Counted from the stretch's first letter, positions 12,336 through 25,900 are shown. The stretch: DNA of 64,000 nt from Phoronis australis (GCA_002633005.1 NMRA01000053.1:894711-958710), one strand, 5' to 3'. Notes: generated by a model not told the origin, from the sequence alone. Program-made: numbers and translations.

Positions 12336-12785
12336 GTGAATTGTCTTGGTACTGACTGCCTAGTTCTATTGTTTCTGATTATTCAGTTGACTATTACTTG
12401 ACTAACCTTTTTGCTTATTCTCAGTTACATTTACTCTAATGTATTGGACTTGAAAAATGAAATATCTACTCATTTTTATTGCCACGTTACTGACAAATCT
12501 GATTTGACCATGAGAAAGGAGAGCAATTACTCTTCTTGATTTTGCATTGATACCAATTTTCACGTGCTTGGATTGGCACCGACTTCACGTCAGAAACCCT
12601 GAGTTTTTGCAAATTATGGTGCCTACTGATCATTTGATCTTTGCCACCATTGCTTCTGAAATGAATACTGCACACTGATTAGTTATTAAACTGTGATGGT
12701 TTTTATTGTGGCGGAACGTGTTTGAACACTCGCCTGTAGCTAAGCGGAAGTGGCGGGCCTTAGGCCAGTTGAGTTATCTTTCTAG

Positions 12786-15000
12786 GAGTTGATATATGAA
12801 GCCATTCCTTAAGTACATGACACTAGCCCAGAGTTCAGGTAAATATCGTATTCCTTGATGGTATTATATTCCACTTTGTTTATGTGTGTATTATCTTATC
12901 TAAAAGTGTAAAAGTAATGAAAGGTTACTACTAATTAGTCCATTCAGAGTTGTTGCTTAAATACTGATGTCATCAATGTTTCATCCATTTCTGTCCAGAT
13001 ATTAATATCAAATGTGACCATTCTGAACGCATACGTTGGGGCTTTGGGTTTTGTGTCGACTGGTTTTCACCCATTCCCTGTCCATATGCAGAAGTTTTTT
13101 TTAAGAAAGATTCCTAAGAATTTTTTTCACAGCAGAGCCCATTTTGGTGAAAATATGTGCACTGTATACTAAAATGGGTTAACAACAGTTACTGACATTA
13201 GGTGATATCAGTTTGGTTGCTATGTTCCTGGAAAGCCATTTTGGCCTGTCTGGATTTCATTTTGCCTATTGGAAATTGCTGGTTTACAGGATGAATGAAA
13301 ACGGCCATTGTGTTCCTTAATTGGAATTTCTGGTGACAAATATTGATATCAAGTGTTAAGACATATTGTTGGGTGAATTCTTGTTTCGTTTGAATGACTT
13401 GTTTTTGATTGAAAACCACCCAGCTCACCTGGTAATTTGACGACTGCCTAAAAATTCTGAACAAAGACAATTGTTGAAATTTTGAATAACCTGATAGCAA
13501 CAATGTTGAGAAGGAAGTGTAGTTTTTCTTGTAGATTATTTCTGTTTGGAAAGTTTAGACCTTCACGTTTCGCGAGGTTGTGTTCCAAGAATTTGAACCG
13601 CATGTCTTGGTCGCACTTGGATGCTGAAAGGGACGTACTAAGTCAAAGGCCAACTCTCACATAAATCCAATTTGACAATGAAATTTCCTGTAGAAGCAAT
13701 TGATGAACTCTTTTTGTCCATTGTGTTACTACGTTTAATATGGAACTCACCAGCCGGTATCGAAGAATGAAAGAAAGGTATGACCCCCCCAAAACAATTC
13801 TTTCAAAGGTAGCAATGAACAGGTTTGAAGCCCAGTCTGTTTTGTAGATGAACTGAAGCAAAGGGGAAATCAACAAGTGGTCAGACTTCATTACCACTTG
13901 CTTGGACTTCAAAACCAAGTGGCTGAATTGCAAAACCCAATGGCCGTTGTTGTAACTCGGTGGTTGGACCCCTATACGCGATGTACGTACCTAAAAGCCA
14001 GATGGCCGCATTGAAAAAATTGGTTGGCCGTTGCTCAAAACACTATGGCCAAACAAAACGATTTTGAACGAAAACAAATGGGTCCGGTAAACACTAAATG
14101 TCAATTGAATCCTTAGAGACTTTCAAAGCGAGCCTCTGAGGAAGTCTGTCCGTTGTGCTTGATCACCGGCTAAGTGGTTATAGCACTGGCCATCGTGTTT
14201 TGGGTCTGGCCAACTAGTGTTTTGGGAAGGCCATTCCGTTTTGAAATCCGGACAACACGTTTGATCTGTCGTTTGGTGTTGCGGTCCAGGCAAGTGGTTT
14301 TCAAGTGCGACCAATTGTTGATTCCCCCTTTTGAAGGGGAACATGCTTTGAGTTGATGTGTAAAATATATTGCTTTATACAGTTACAGCATGGACTGCAT
14401 GGATCTGATGCTTGAACAGAAACTGGCTGGTTGCATGATAAAGTGCAGGTAAGGAAGGGTCTTGCATAATCTTGGGTACAAGGGAGCTCAATTGAATGCA
14501 GAGTTCATCATTTATGTTTCTGAATTGTACCAGCCGCCGCTTTAAAACCAGTGGCAACTTTGTTCGTTATTTAGATGAGAAGTTGTCTCTGTGTCTCTGT
14601 TTTGAAAGGACTTGTAGTTCTCTTGTTTTCGAAATCACCCTGGCATTTAAAAACCTGCTGGGGGTGCAAACCTCTTACTTTCTAGCGAGTTAGAAGTATC
14701 TTGTCGTGGAAAAGCAGTTAATTTTTGTTCTGTCATTTTTCAGTACGATATGAGCAGTGCCAGTTGGAGCTGTGCCCGGATGGCTGCATTTGCTATCCAA
14801 CGAAGCCTTTGCTCGTCTTAGCACCAACAGTAGTAAAACGAGGAGAGCCATGGTCTGCAGAATGGCTTGCAGGAGCCCAGCGAGTATGGATGCATAACAT
14901 CAGAACACCGGAAACTTGAGTGCCTCACCAATAACTGGCGCTGTATATTTCAAAAGTTCATTAATGTTGAAATATGTTGTCTCCTGGTTGTGAAAATAAA
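12786..15000 (+). other. paralog 1 distal non-coding exons (12786-12838, 14383-14448, 14744-~15000)
   Basis: Acceptor/donor pairs (tttctag|..cag|gtaaat; tttatacag|..gcag|gtaagg; tttttcag|) and the terminal AATAAA are conserved with paralog 2; no shared open frame. Confidence 0.55.
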
Positions 15001-15540
15001 AACATGAATGTAAGAATTTATAAACCCTACACTGTCATATCTTCAGACACAGAATACTGCACTGTGAGAAAAGCAGATTAACGTCGCAGGATTGAAGTTA
15101 CCAATTTGAGCTCAAAACGTTTTCGTGCTAAGTTAGTGAGTCTCCGTTTTTCCCGACTCCTTGTTACTATGTCTTTGTGAGGCCATTCTAATTGTAAAGG
15201 TTGTAGATATCTGAAACGTAATCAACTTCATTATGATCTAAGTTGACGAGTGTTCCAACGGCCAACAGTCAGGGGAAGGACGTCATTAAATTTATTAGAA
15301 TGTAAAGGTGTCAGTCATTGGCGGTTCTGTGATCTTATATTTCTCATTTCCCGTTGTAGAATAATAAATCGAGCATGTTTTCAAAAGTCCAGTCGGCTAT
15401 AGAATTGTTTCCAGGAGTTGTAAATTATGATGCTCGAAATCGGTGCTCATTCAGTCCAATAAAATTCCGATTTTGTCGTGGACGAAACTTGTAACACTGT
15501 CGAATGCCTGAAACTGGTGCATTCTACTCGAGACTAGTTG

Positions 15541-16130
15541 TTCTTCGTCACAAGCCATTAAAATAATCTAATAATCGTCATGTATATGCACTACTCTAGC
15601 GGTCTTACCGGCGCCCCTCACAACGATTCAAATGGAGCTTTTTCGGGAACAAATGAGTTGAAGAAATTATGGGACTCGTTTATCGAAAGTTTCCGGCAAA
15701 ATATATGAAACCAAAGTACCACCGCCACCTGGTGGTAGAATATCAAACCGCTTTTATTTTTTGGTTCCGTTAAGTTTTTAGAGGGCTTTAGCTGAGAAGA
15801 TATTCTCTTATCAGATGACGGTTGGCATAGTTGGNTCTTCGTCACAAGCCATTAAAATAATCTAATAATCGTCATGTATATGCACTACTCTAGCGGTCTT
15901 ACCGGCGCCCCTCACAACGATTCAAATGGAGCTTTTTCGGGAACAAATGAGTTGAAGAAATTATGGGACTCTCGTTTATCGAAAGTTTCCGGCAAAATAT
16001 ATGAAACCAAAGTACCACCGCCACCTGGTGGTAGAATATCAAACCGCTTTTATTTTTTGGTTCTGTTAAGTTTTTAGAGGGCTTTAGCTGAGAAGATATT
16101 CTCTTATCAGATGACGGTTGGCATAGTTGG
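15541..16130. repeat. ~295-bp direct duplication across a single N (probable assembly artefact)
   Basis: 15541-15834 and 15836-16130 are near-identical and joined at N 15835. Confidence 0.75.
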
Positions 16131-16399
16131 ATTGTAGCCTGCATACATACACATCTACACAAATAGACCTTGTTCTTATTAGCTTCTGAAGCTAAGTAAA
16201 CGAGACGTGAATTTAAATTTCAGTCTGTTTAAATTGAAAGAATGACCGGGAAAGTTGGTGGTATTTTGTTAACAAGAGGTATGAAAAATTATGAAGTGCG
16301 AGGGAAATGGGAAGAACGGAACAAACGTCTATCTCAGTTTTGTCGATTTTTTTAAAATTTATTTCTCTAAAGAAAGAAAACTACAACAAAGGCTAACTA

Positions 16400-16750
16400 C
16401 GTTGTATTAACAATGCATAAACTTTGGACCGCAGCGCCTGTACAAGTGGGCAATCACAAAATGATAAAAAATTCAACAGCATTACAGGTCAAACAACTGT
16501 CATCGCTTACAATCTTTTCAAGAGATACTTAATTTGTGTAGACATTTCTATGGGAAGGAGTAGACCTAAAAGTCTGAATGGCAACGCGTAAATCCAATTT
16601 GTTGGCCTGACTAAATATCACTTAATCTGTGTTCGACATCAGGTTGTGAAATCGAAATTTTTAATTGATGGTGTACTAATCTGGCTGTACTGACAGTCGT
16701 CCATTGAATTTGTCTTGTAAGTGTTCAATTCTATTGGGTAACTTAGTTAA
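16400..16750 (-). mobile_element. L1/Tx1-like LINE ORF2 C-terminal relic (split by the hAT insertion; continues at 19470-19740)
   Basis: Minus strand reads HRNVYTN*..LEKI..DDSCLTC..FCDCPLVQ (zf-RVT-like). Confidence 0.55.
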
Positions 16751-19469
16751 CAGTGGCGGATCTACGTTTTCAGTAAGGGGGGGTTTAGGATTCCCGCAAA
16801 GGTCGAATCCGAGGCGCGTGGCGCCGAGCGGGGAGGGGAGGTCGGGAGGGGAGTAAATTCCCATTCCCGTGTAAGATAACTTTTTTATTTTTGTAGCCAA
16901 ACAGTGAAATTTCCATGCATCCTGGTACGTTTCTGGCACTTAACATGTCCCTGGAATTTTTCTTAAGATAATTAAAAGCCCTTCTCGATTTCGTCACATG
17001 AACTTGGCTCATAAGTTTCGTGAAACCATATTTGTGCACATCTTGGTATGAGTCACACCACCAGCAAAATTTTTTGTTGGAACATCTGCTTACACGCACC
17101 TTTTTAGCATACGAAAAAGTGTGATGTGTATACAGGGGTTTAGACAACTAGCAAATATTCAAGAGCATATGGAGCACCGACGGGGCGTAAAAACTTGAAT
17201 ATCAGATGATCGCAACAGCCTCAAGCTGTTTAAGAACGAAGACCTGTACTGTTAGTCCGGAAATAAACGTGTTCTGTCTCGTTACGAGAAAAACTGGCGA
17301 ACGATGGTGCTCTCAGCTCATAGTTTATTATTAAAAGCGACAAAAACAATTAAGTATCACTTTATTAAGCTGAATCACGTTGACAACAATTGAAAAACGT
17401 CGAATGTATCAGGAAACAAATCATCTGAAAACAGTTTCACGAAACCAAAACACTCTGTAGGCCTACACCGTGGTGAAAAGATACACAGGAGCAGTTCGCA
17501 GAGGGACTAGATGTACACTGAGAGTACACAAAAACTGGCCTGGTCCGTCACGAGACCAAAAGTACACCTGTGGTTGTTATCCCTATAAAATAGTCGATCT
17601 GTCGCGGGACCAAACAGTACTGGCTGAGATAAATAGTTTTACAAAGTACACTTTGGTAAAAAACACCACAAGTCTAGTTCGCCGAGGGATCAGAAGTACA
17701 CTGAAACTCGATATCTACACAAATCAAGCTGGCCTGGACCTAAAGCGTACTTTGCAAAAAATTTTGAATTGAAAACTTCTCTTCAGACAATTTTTAATCC
17801 CCAGTGGATGGTCATACGTGTAGTTCATACATCTGGTGGTCAACTGCTGCGAGAGGTTGTTTAGGAAGGGTTTTCGCACCGTTCTGTAGTACTCACTGGA
17901 AGAAACAAGTATTGAGTAAAGATTTAAGTACGCACTACGTGAAATAAGATTTTGGATATGAAGCAGATAGACTCAAGTGGGAATACAAGCCAGAGTTTCT
18001 GTGCTCTCGTAGACCCTCTGCTGTACTGGGTAAATTTGGCATGTCCAAAAATAATTTCTATTTCGTTTTCATTGTACACAAGCATAAAAAACGACATTAT
18101 TACAAACTGTGTATAATTATAACTTATTACCTGGGTGTTTCTCCGGGAACGTTGGTCCTATCTTTCTGTTGTCTAGACTGCCGAGGAGTCTGTACATCGG
18201 ATGCAATGGTTTGCTGCTCTTGGAACCATTCTACCCAGACATCTTCGACGTTTGTTCCCAACGATTGCACTTCGTCAACTGCTGTGTCAATGAGCTTGTA
18301 CGCCTCTACATTGTCAACATCTCGTTTCGCAGCTCAGTTGGCACTAAGCCCCCCGAGATAACCAAGTCCATTCAAAAGACTTACAGCGTGCGCAACTAAA
18401 TTCGATCCGTTCATCATGGACTACTTCAAACCTTGACGATGTATCCCAGGACCCATTTGCATCTCTTGCAATTTTCGAAATAAACGTCCCAATGTCTGAA
18501 CGCTTGAAACTTGAAGTACTAACATCAAATAAATGTCGATGGGCATGGGCGTTTCTTCGGGTGGGCCTTTCTGTGGAAATTCCCCGTATAGAAAACGGGT
18601 GGTGCTTATTGCAGGTAGAAAGACGGTAAGTGTTGAGGTCGGCACTCGGGCTCCTTAGGAAGCCCGTTGAACATCGCACGACTCCCGCATTACTTTGTTG
18701 TGAAAATACAGCCTCCCCGCAAATTCTGGTACTGCACACTGTTCACTTTGTCAATGTGAGTGCCCCCTTTGTCATTCCTAAGTTGTATAGACATAACTTG
18801 TTAGAGTGCATCTTCAAACAGACTCGCGACCAGACCACGGCGCAGGCCACAATGGCAATTCTTCGGAAAACGAGTTTTTTCAAGTATTACATGTACATGT
18901 ACACTGTATGATATCGCGCAAGACAACTTTACTATACAACAGTCAAATTCGAGATACAAACGTGTGGGGTGTAATAGGATGACATGGCATGACAGATGAG
19001 GTTAAAAAGGTTGCACGTCAATTCGCCTGAATACCATGCAGGATTGCGGCACCACAGTATTTCCCCTAATCAAAATAATCAAAACATATCTTAGAGTAAA
19101 GAAACTAGTTACCTAAAGAAATCAGCTATAGAGCTGCTCTTTCAGCGGTGGGTCCATATAAAATGCTTGGCTACTTCAGAAGTGTCGTCGGAAGCGCGCG
19201 CACAAGTGATCTCCGGGGTTTTGCCGACGAGCCACGAAGACTCGAAACGCGTTGATTTTCATAACACCAATTCACAATGCAAAAAAAAATATTTTTAAAG
19301 TGAACCCCCCTCGTTTTTTTCCAAGTTGGTTTACTTGGGTTTTACACACGCTGGCGGTGCCGTTTTTGTTTTGCTGAAGAGGTTTTTGTTTTTTTTTTTT
19401 CTAATTTTTGGGTCCTGGCCCGAGGAGGGGGGGTTAAAACCCCTGAACCCCCCCGTAGATCCGCCACTG
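16751..19469 (-). mobile_element. hAT element (ZMYM1/PRKRIR-like transposase remnant), internally deleted
   Basis: 16-bp TIR CAGTGGCGGATCTACG / CGTAGATCCGCCACTG; 5-bp TSD GTTAA; minus 18131-18500 encodes ..LGYLGGLSAN*..DNVEAYKLID..WVEWFQE..PRQSRQQKDRTNVPGETP. Confidence 0.8.
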
Positions 19470-19740
19470 GTTAAGTACCTTCATCAAAGCATAGTATTGT
19501 AACCAACTCGATAATTTGTATCTTTGTTTCATAGCTTCCCAAGAAAAATTTGCTTTGAACTTTTTACATTACAGCGTTGTAGAACCCACTGAAATGCACA
19601 GATTTGCCATCAATCAAAATATTTCTATTGTTCCATGTTACCTGACAAATAACATCAATTTCGCTGTGTAAGACAACGCCAACATTTCCCCATGCATTCA
19701 ACAAATGTGTAAATCAGAAACCAATGAGGCCTTACAGCTT
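19470..19740 (-). mobile_element. L1/Tx1-like LINE ORF2 relic, upstream part
   Basis: Minus strand QVTWNNRNILIDGKSVHF..WLQYYALMK, typical of the Tx1 ORF2 post-RT region. Confidence 0.55.
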
Positions 19741-20824
19741 GTTTACCAAAAAAATAACCTTGACTCGGTCACAGGAATAGTAACACACAGCAAGTTTTCC
19801 AGTTGCAAGACTGCTCAAACTTTGTAATTCCTCTAAATTGAACGTTTAGGCATGTGTGGGCAGATACTTGAATACTTGAGGGACAACGGAAGCGGGGCAT
19901 CCCACTAGGGGGAGGGTCGAAGAGCTTTTCAAAAATAACTTTTCTTGGAGTCAAGTCAGTAGTAACCTGGTACGATTTGTGAACTTGCACTCCAAAAATC
20001 GCAGAAATGTTTGTGTAATTACTACTGCCAGTAAATGTACTAGTTTAAGCATGAGCACTCGGTGTATACCGTTATAAAAAGTCGTCCCCCGACAGTGATT
20101 TCCATATTCAACAATTCAACAAAAATACCGTGCTATTTGACTTTCGCCCTAGTTCAAATACTTATGCATAACACCAGGAAGAGATAACCACTGGTTATCT
20201 GATCCTGATAACACGAATCTCGATATAATAACCACAGGTACAAACACGTACTTGTATGACCTCTATATGATATTTTAGTACCGGCGCTCGTCGTTATATT
20301 TTTGCTATCTTATATTCTTATCCGTCGGTAACTACACGCCATTCCAGCATCTGTTTGATTTATTTGCAGATATGGTGATAGCCAAACTGACGATTTGTAA
20401 TCTCTGGACACTTTCGGTTGCACTGACTACATAACTATTATAGCTTTTCGTCAGTCATATAAAATGCAGAGTAGGTACCAGTTAAGTACAACTGTTCCCT
20501 AGCCAAAATCTGGTTAAACGAGAATGAAGGAACATTAAAAGAATAATCCATGTGATACTGTTAAGTGTCAGTGATCAGCGTTTGCGTATCAACACGCACG
20601 GTCGTTTATCTTCAATCTTACCCAATGTTTGTAGTTTTTAGCTGATTAGTTTGATTTTTTAAAATAAAAAAACCATACTCGGTTGTTTTTTCCTGCTGAA
20701 TACCGCCGTGGTGTTCGTTTTTAACGACGAAAATTGTTGGTTAACGCATTTTGAAAATTCGCTAGTGGGTACAGGCAAAGATGTTTATGCCGGTAATTAC
20801 ACTTATCTTGCTCGCACCAGACAG

Positions 20825-23652
20825 CAAGCCCGTAGCCAGAATTGCGCAGGGGGTGGTTCGAATTTCTTGAACCGGGTGGACCTTTGATATTTTGCAAACG
20901 TCGACACTGGAGTTTTCATAAGGCCCTCATCTGACGCAGGGGAAAAGGAAATTTGTATACAAAACGATGACTCAGCTCTGTTTGAGATGAGTCGGAATTT
21001 GCAGTAACAGAGATGAGGATGCCGTGACGGTTGCTCACAATGAAGAACGGGGCTGAATTCGGACGTAACGTGGTCCAGAACGTTCTCGTGTTCCTTTCTG
21101 CCAAATTTTAAATCGGGCATGCTTAAATAAACGATTACACCCCCTTGGACTGAAATATTTAGTCGGGGAATAACTTTGACGAAATTTTTTATCTACTTAT
21201 ATTTTTGCTTATACAGAATTTATTAAATGTACGACACTTTTCATTGTTCACGGTCTTTATTCCGTTACGTTCGTACTTTCGGAACAAAACTCTACTCTCA
21301 ACTGAACATCGATACAGTAACTGACCTAGCGACATAATTAAAAGACACACGATATTTCGAAACATACTTGTTTCATTCTCAAGTGAAGATAAGCTGACGA
21401 CACGCACAGCACACGGCAGGTGCGAAATACTGCAAAGAATGAATAATGACGGGGGGGGGGGGGGGNCGCGCGACCCTGTTTGCTGCTCATTCAAAACAGG
21501 CTTCTCAAAAGCAAATAAGAGGGACTCTAATACTTTCAAACGTAGCACATCTTGCTCCACGTAGCGAATTGACGAGTTTTCCACAATTTCTTGACGGGTG
21601 ATTTTACGTGCGTGGCATAGCAGAAAATGATCTTGAATGGTGCCATTTCTGCGCGTTGCTCAAGTTACTTACGTCCGGTAGTTGCGGGAAGGAACAGCCC
21701 ACTACTCAATCACTATTCGGTTCGACATTCCGAAGGTTCACTTCTTCAGGTTCACTGCTGCGAAAAGATACAACTTTTTTAACTCGTGTAATTTCTACAC
21801 GCAAAAAATGATTATACTTCGCTCATTAGATACTCTGAATGGTGTACCTATACCCCCCAAAACAACGCCCGGGTACTAAAATACTTTGGTTGGATTTCAA
21901 GGTCATGTCTTACGAACACTGACGGAAAAATGAGAACGTTATTGCATTTTAAAAAATAAGGAGTGGGGATATTGGTGAATTATCAACCACGACACATTCA
22001 TCATATCCATGTCAAGGTCCCATCATTTCACAGCGCGACTGAAAAGTTTAGGACCGTTGCACCTGAACCTCACCGACCGGAACCACTCTCACGGCCGGGA
22101 AGAAATTAAATGTAGTTAGCAGACTACCCTGTACCTGTCAGTATTCACGAAGTCAGGGAGGCCCGACCCGTGCCCCAGATGTCCTTTTTTAATTGTTGAG
22201 AATGTGTCGTTAGTTAGATTCAAGAATCACGATTGGCAGTGATTGGAACCGAGCTCATTTGTAAACAATGTAATCAATGTATAAGAACTAGTCGTGACGC
22301 CTTATTAGCAGACAATCAGAGTAATGAACCGTGTGGCTCAGTGGTTTTAGGTCGGAATTCCTGTTTGGGAGGCCTGGGTCAGAATCCTTGCTTCACTGGC
22401 TGACAATCGATCGAGCATTGCGCAAAGGTATCTCCTACTCCTCGGTCTTACTAGTGAATGTGTGCAGGTTCGTGAATAAGAACATGGATATAATGAGAAG
22501 CGACTCCTGGGGCTGTCTGTGCCGAAAAAAAAAATAACTGTCGGAGTTCTGGTTTTGGAATTGGGGACATTCGAAGTAGTGAACTTTCGAGGGAGGCGAA
22601 CCTTCGGAATAGTGGCATCTAACCTTGGAAATATTTATCATCAAGTTAGTTGCTCGTATGAAGTCTGTGAGGCTGTCTGTGAACGATTCCACTATTGACA
22701 AGAAAAGTCTATCTTCATTGACCAAAGTTTTATTGTGTCTAGACCTACTTTTACCCCAAAATGTGAGCATGCTCGATGGCGTTTTCTCACAGCAAGCAAG
22801 CGCGTCACAGTGCTGGATCTATAAGGGAGGAGGAGAATGTTGCCTCGGGGTCAAGGGCAAAGCGCGAATACTGACATGTGCACAGGCGGCCTGGAAGTTG
22901 CGGGGGTTGGGGTGTGCCAGTGGACCGTGGAACTGCTGTTTAGNGGGTGCCATGCCCCCACCCCTCCCCCTCCTAAATCCGCCTATGGGTTAGTTAAATT
23001 CTTGGAGCAACGACGGAGGGCTGCCTATATACCCTCGTCTTCTACTGAATTTTAAAGGACGGAAACGCAAACACGTGTACACGCATGCATGCATGTCAAT
23101 CCACGTACCAATCCACAATCGAAATGGACACCGGATGAAAAACATACCTACGGTATTTGACGAACAATCGCAATTCCAAATTTGAAAACGCCTGCCCAAT
23201 TAGCCGCATACTAGCTAGCAAGCAATATCGGATAACAAACCTATTTTCTGTTAGCTGTTTTGCAAGTTTCTTGGTCAATTTGGAGGCGCTTTCACATTTG
23301 AGAGCTCTCTTGCTATAGCATAGCTATATAGCTAGACAAGTTCTAGAATCTCTTTACCTTAACGGTGCAACCACCACGTGAGTTCAATGCCGATGGATTT
23401 ACCCTCCTCTATTGTCTGCACGATCCTGTCATCTACGCGAAACCACTCGGGCGAAGTTGGACGGGTACGGCCCGATGATTACATGAAACGCTTATCAGAA
23501 GCAAATTCAAAATTATTACTAACTCAGTTACCATTGTAGTTAGTATGGTACCAGCAGCTGCAACAGGATAGGCTGGGGCTGGACCTTTTCCGCGGAGGGG
23601 GGTTCGATCGAATCCCTCCGGCGACCCCTCACCTCCCTTAGCTACGGGCCTG
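20825..23652. mobile_element. non-autonomous TIR element (hAT-like)
   Basis: CAAGCCCGTAGC ... GCTACGGGCCTG; 6-bp TSD AGACAG. Confidence 0.65.
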
Positions 23653-23874
23653 AGACAGTACGGACATCACCACTGTATCCGACTCCAGCGCCGCGCTCTC
23701 TTTGATCCTAGTAAAAAGCCACTAATTAAGTAGGACAAGCGGTGAAAATTCCCGCATATCTAAAGAATTGCGTGAAATTCTTGTAAGCGTATTATACAAG
23801 GTAAATCGATATCGTTGTTTGAAGTCACCTGTAGACTTATGAGAAGTCAGTGAAGTAATACAAATTCGCTATGA

Positions 23875-24740
23875 CCCTTTATCGTTAACTTCCTGTTCTT
23901 TTTTACGATACCAGTCTAGACGTCGATGACGGCTTCAGCGCTTATGGTATCTGTCATATTCATTTCACTTGCATAATCAGGTCGTCCAGCCTCTTGTCAT
24001 TCATAACGGAGGCAATTTTTGACAACTTTCATTTTGCTGAAATTTCTCTCATCTTTTGCCACACAACACTAACAGGAGCGGTGAAAAACAGCTTAACAGC
24101 TTTGCAGATACACGGGAAGATCACTTTATTCTGAAAAGCGAAGTTACACACGTCGCGTAACGTGTCAAGAGGTGGCTTCAAGGACGTGCACAGATTCATG
24201 AAGATATACTAAGCTTCCATGTTTGCTTTGTCGATACCACTGGTGGGAAGAGCTGGCATTGCCAAGAATTCCTCTTCTGTATAGGGATTGCAATTAAGAG
24301 GTGCTTGACTGAAGCGAAAGGTTCTAAGGCAACGTATGTCTTATGTTGTCTTTAATCGCGCTGGCCAGCAGGTATCCAGAACGTCAATCACCCATCTTCT
24401 GTAAGTTTCGTGAAACTGACCCAGAGCTGTTGAAGCACACTCATGATGGTCAAGCCTTTTGGTATACGCTTCGATCGTCCTTTATTTGTCCTCGGCAAAC
24501 TCTTTCTCGTGGTTTAGTGTTTAAGGACCTGGAAAAATGGGATGCTTGCTTCAATCTGAGCATTGATATTTCTTTCCTCAATGGAATTCATTCTTTCGAA
24601 CGATGAAACCATATAGTCTACGATGAAACAGTTACATCGATATAGTTTCAATGGTCCAGGATATTCAGTTCGTCCTTCGGTAGCTCTGTAGTCAGAATTT
24701 TTGTCTGGTTGAATTTCAAAGCAAAGCAAAGATGACATCG
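23875..24740 (-). pseudogene. degraded hAT transposase C-terminus (Dimer_Tnp_hAT domain)
   Basis: Minus strand IFPCICKAVKLFFTAPVSV..KDERNFSKMKVVKNCLR..MNDKRLDDL..VID..KKNRK, with frameshifts and stops. Confidence 0.75.
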
Positions 24741-25043
24741 TATTTCAGCGTGTCCGCGTCAAAGAATGAATAATAAATCTTGTTTTCCGTCGGTTTGGCA
24801 AATTGCGAATAAAATTAATTTAGGAACAGCAAAGCCCAGTGACACAATTAAACCATTATAAAGTATATGTAGGAAAAATATTATAATATTTGTGTCACTC
24901 CGTTGATGATAGCTTCCGTACATATACAATACTGGTATCGCAAGCGTGGTGAAAAAGTTAACGGTGACCAAAACGGAGTTGGAATTCTTCGCCAAAGTCA
25001 CCTTAATTCTCGTAACTAAGCTTCATCGAAGATATGTCGTATA

Positions 25044-25198
25044 CAGTGGCGGATTTAGAGGGGGGCCATGGCCCCCCAAAATTCCCCCAGATTCCATTTG
25101 GCAGTTTTGCCCGGGGGTGTGAATGTCTGACGGCCAAAATCCTAGCTAATAGTCTGCCCTCGCTGGCCCCCTAACTCAAAATCCTGGATCCGCCCCTG
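25044..25198. mobile_element. hAT-like MITE (CAGTGGCGGAT termini)
   Basis: CAGTGGCGGATTTAG ... CTGGATCCGCCCCTG; 5-bp TSD GTATA; inserted in a repeat also seen at ~5880-6120. Confidence 0.8.
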
Positions 25199-25469
25199 GT
25201 ATAAGTATAGAAAGGACAGACCTCTGAAGATTGAGAAACTAAAGCGCTTCATATTTTATGTTGTAGTTTTAGGTGATCAGTGGAAAGTATGACCGGCGAG
25301 GCGCGTGAAACTCTTACCGTGCGGTGGCCGGATTTGGCCTACCGCCCGTTTAAATTACACGGGACGAAATTTGTACAGAAAGCGATACCGAGAAGTAGTT
25401 GTAGCCCCTAACCGACCAACCGAGGGGCTACGTGTTGCCTTAATTTGTACAGTCCTGCATACTCAAATT

Positions 25470-25640
25470 CAGGGGAAGGATCCAGGATTGAGTTAGCCGG
25501 GGATGGCCAGGGCAGAGTATTAGCCAGGATTTTTCCCGACAGCCGTTCGCACCCCTGTACTGCCAAATGGAGTCTGGGAGAATTTTAGGGGGGCAATGGC
25601 CTCCTTGACCCCCGGGCCCCCCTCTAAAATCAGCCGACTG
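25470..25640. mobile_element. second, inverted copy of the same MITE family
   Basis: Reverse-complement homology to 25044-25198; a related end lies at ~63500-63549. Confidence 0.65.
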
Positions 25641-25900
25641 AAAATGTGCCAACTCCATTACAGGTTTGTAATCCCAGTAGTAGACCTAGTTACTAGGCCT
25701 GATGCCGTTTGGGTTCGTAGAACAGAGACAATAGAGAAGTTGGCCGTTTGGGTTCGTAGAACTTGCCCAACACAGGCTCATTCCTCGCTGGTTCCCTATC
25801 GTGCCTATCTAGTCTCCGTGCACAGACCCGCCCTCGACTGAGGTTGCCTTGACAACGGCAATCCGTGACGTCAGCTTATGAGGCCCGGGAACCAGGCGTG

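Noticed and set aside
12839-14743. snoRNA host gene downstream of hnRNP
   Set aside because: No C/D or H/ACA box arrangement conserved in both paralogs was found in these introns
14725-14919. Small Cys-rich protein in the distal exon
   Set aside because: The paralogous segment (50350-50520) has 1-nt indels and stops, and substitutions are spread evenly over codon positions
15541-16130. Biological 295-bp tandem duplication
   Set aside because: The copies join exactly at a single N, typical of overlapping contig ends
17440-17760. Recurrent AAGTACAC-like motifs resembling a spaced repeat array
   Set aside because: Short, degenerate and irregular; internal to a hAT element in eukaryotic DNA; not CRISPR
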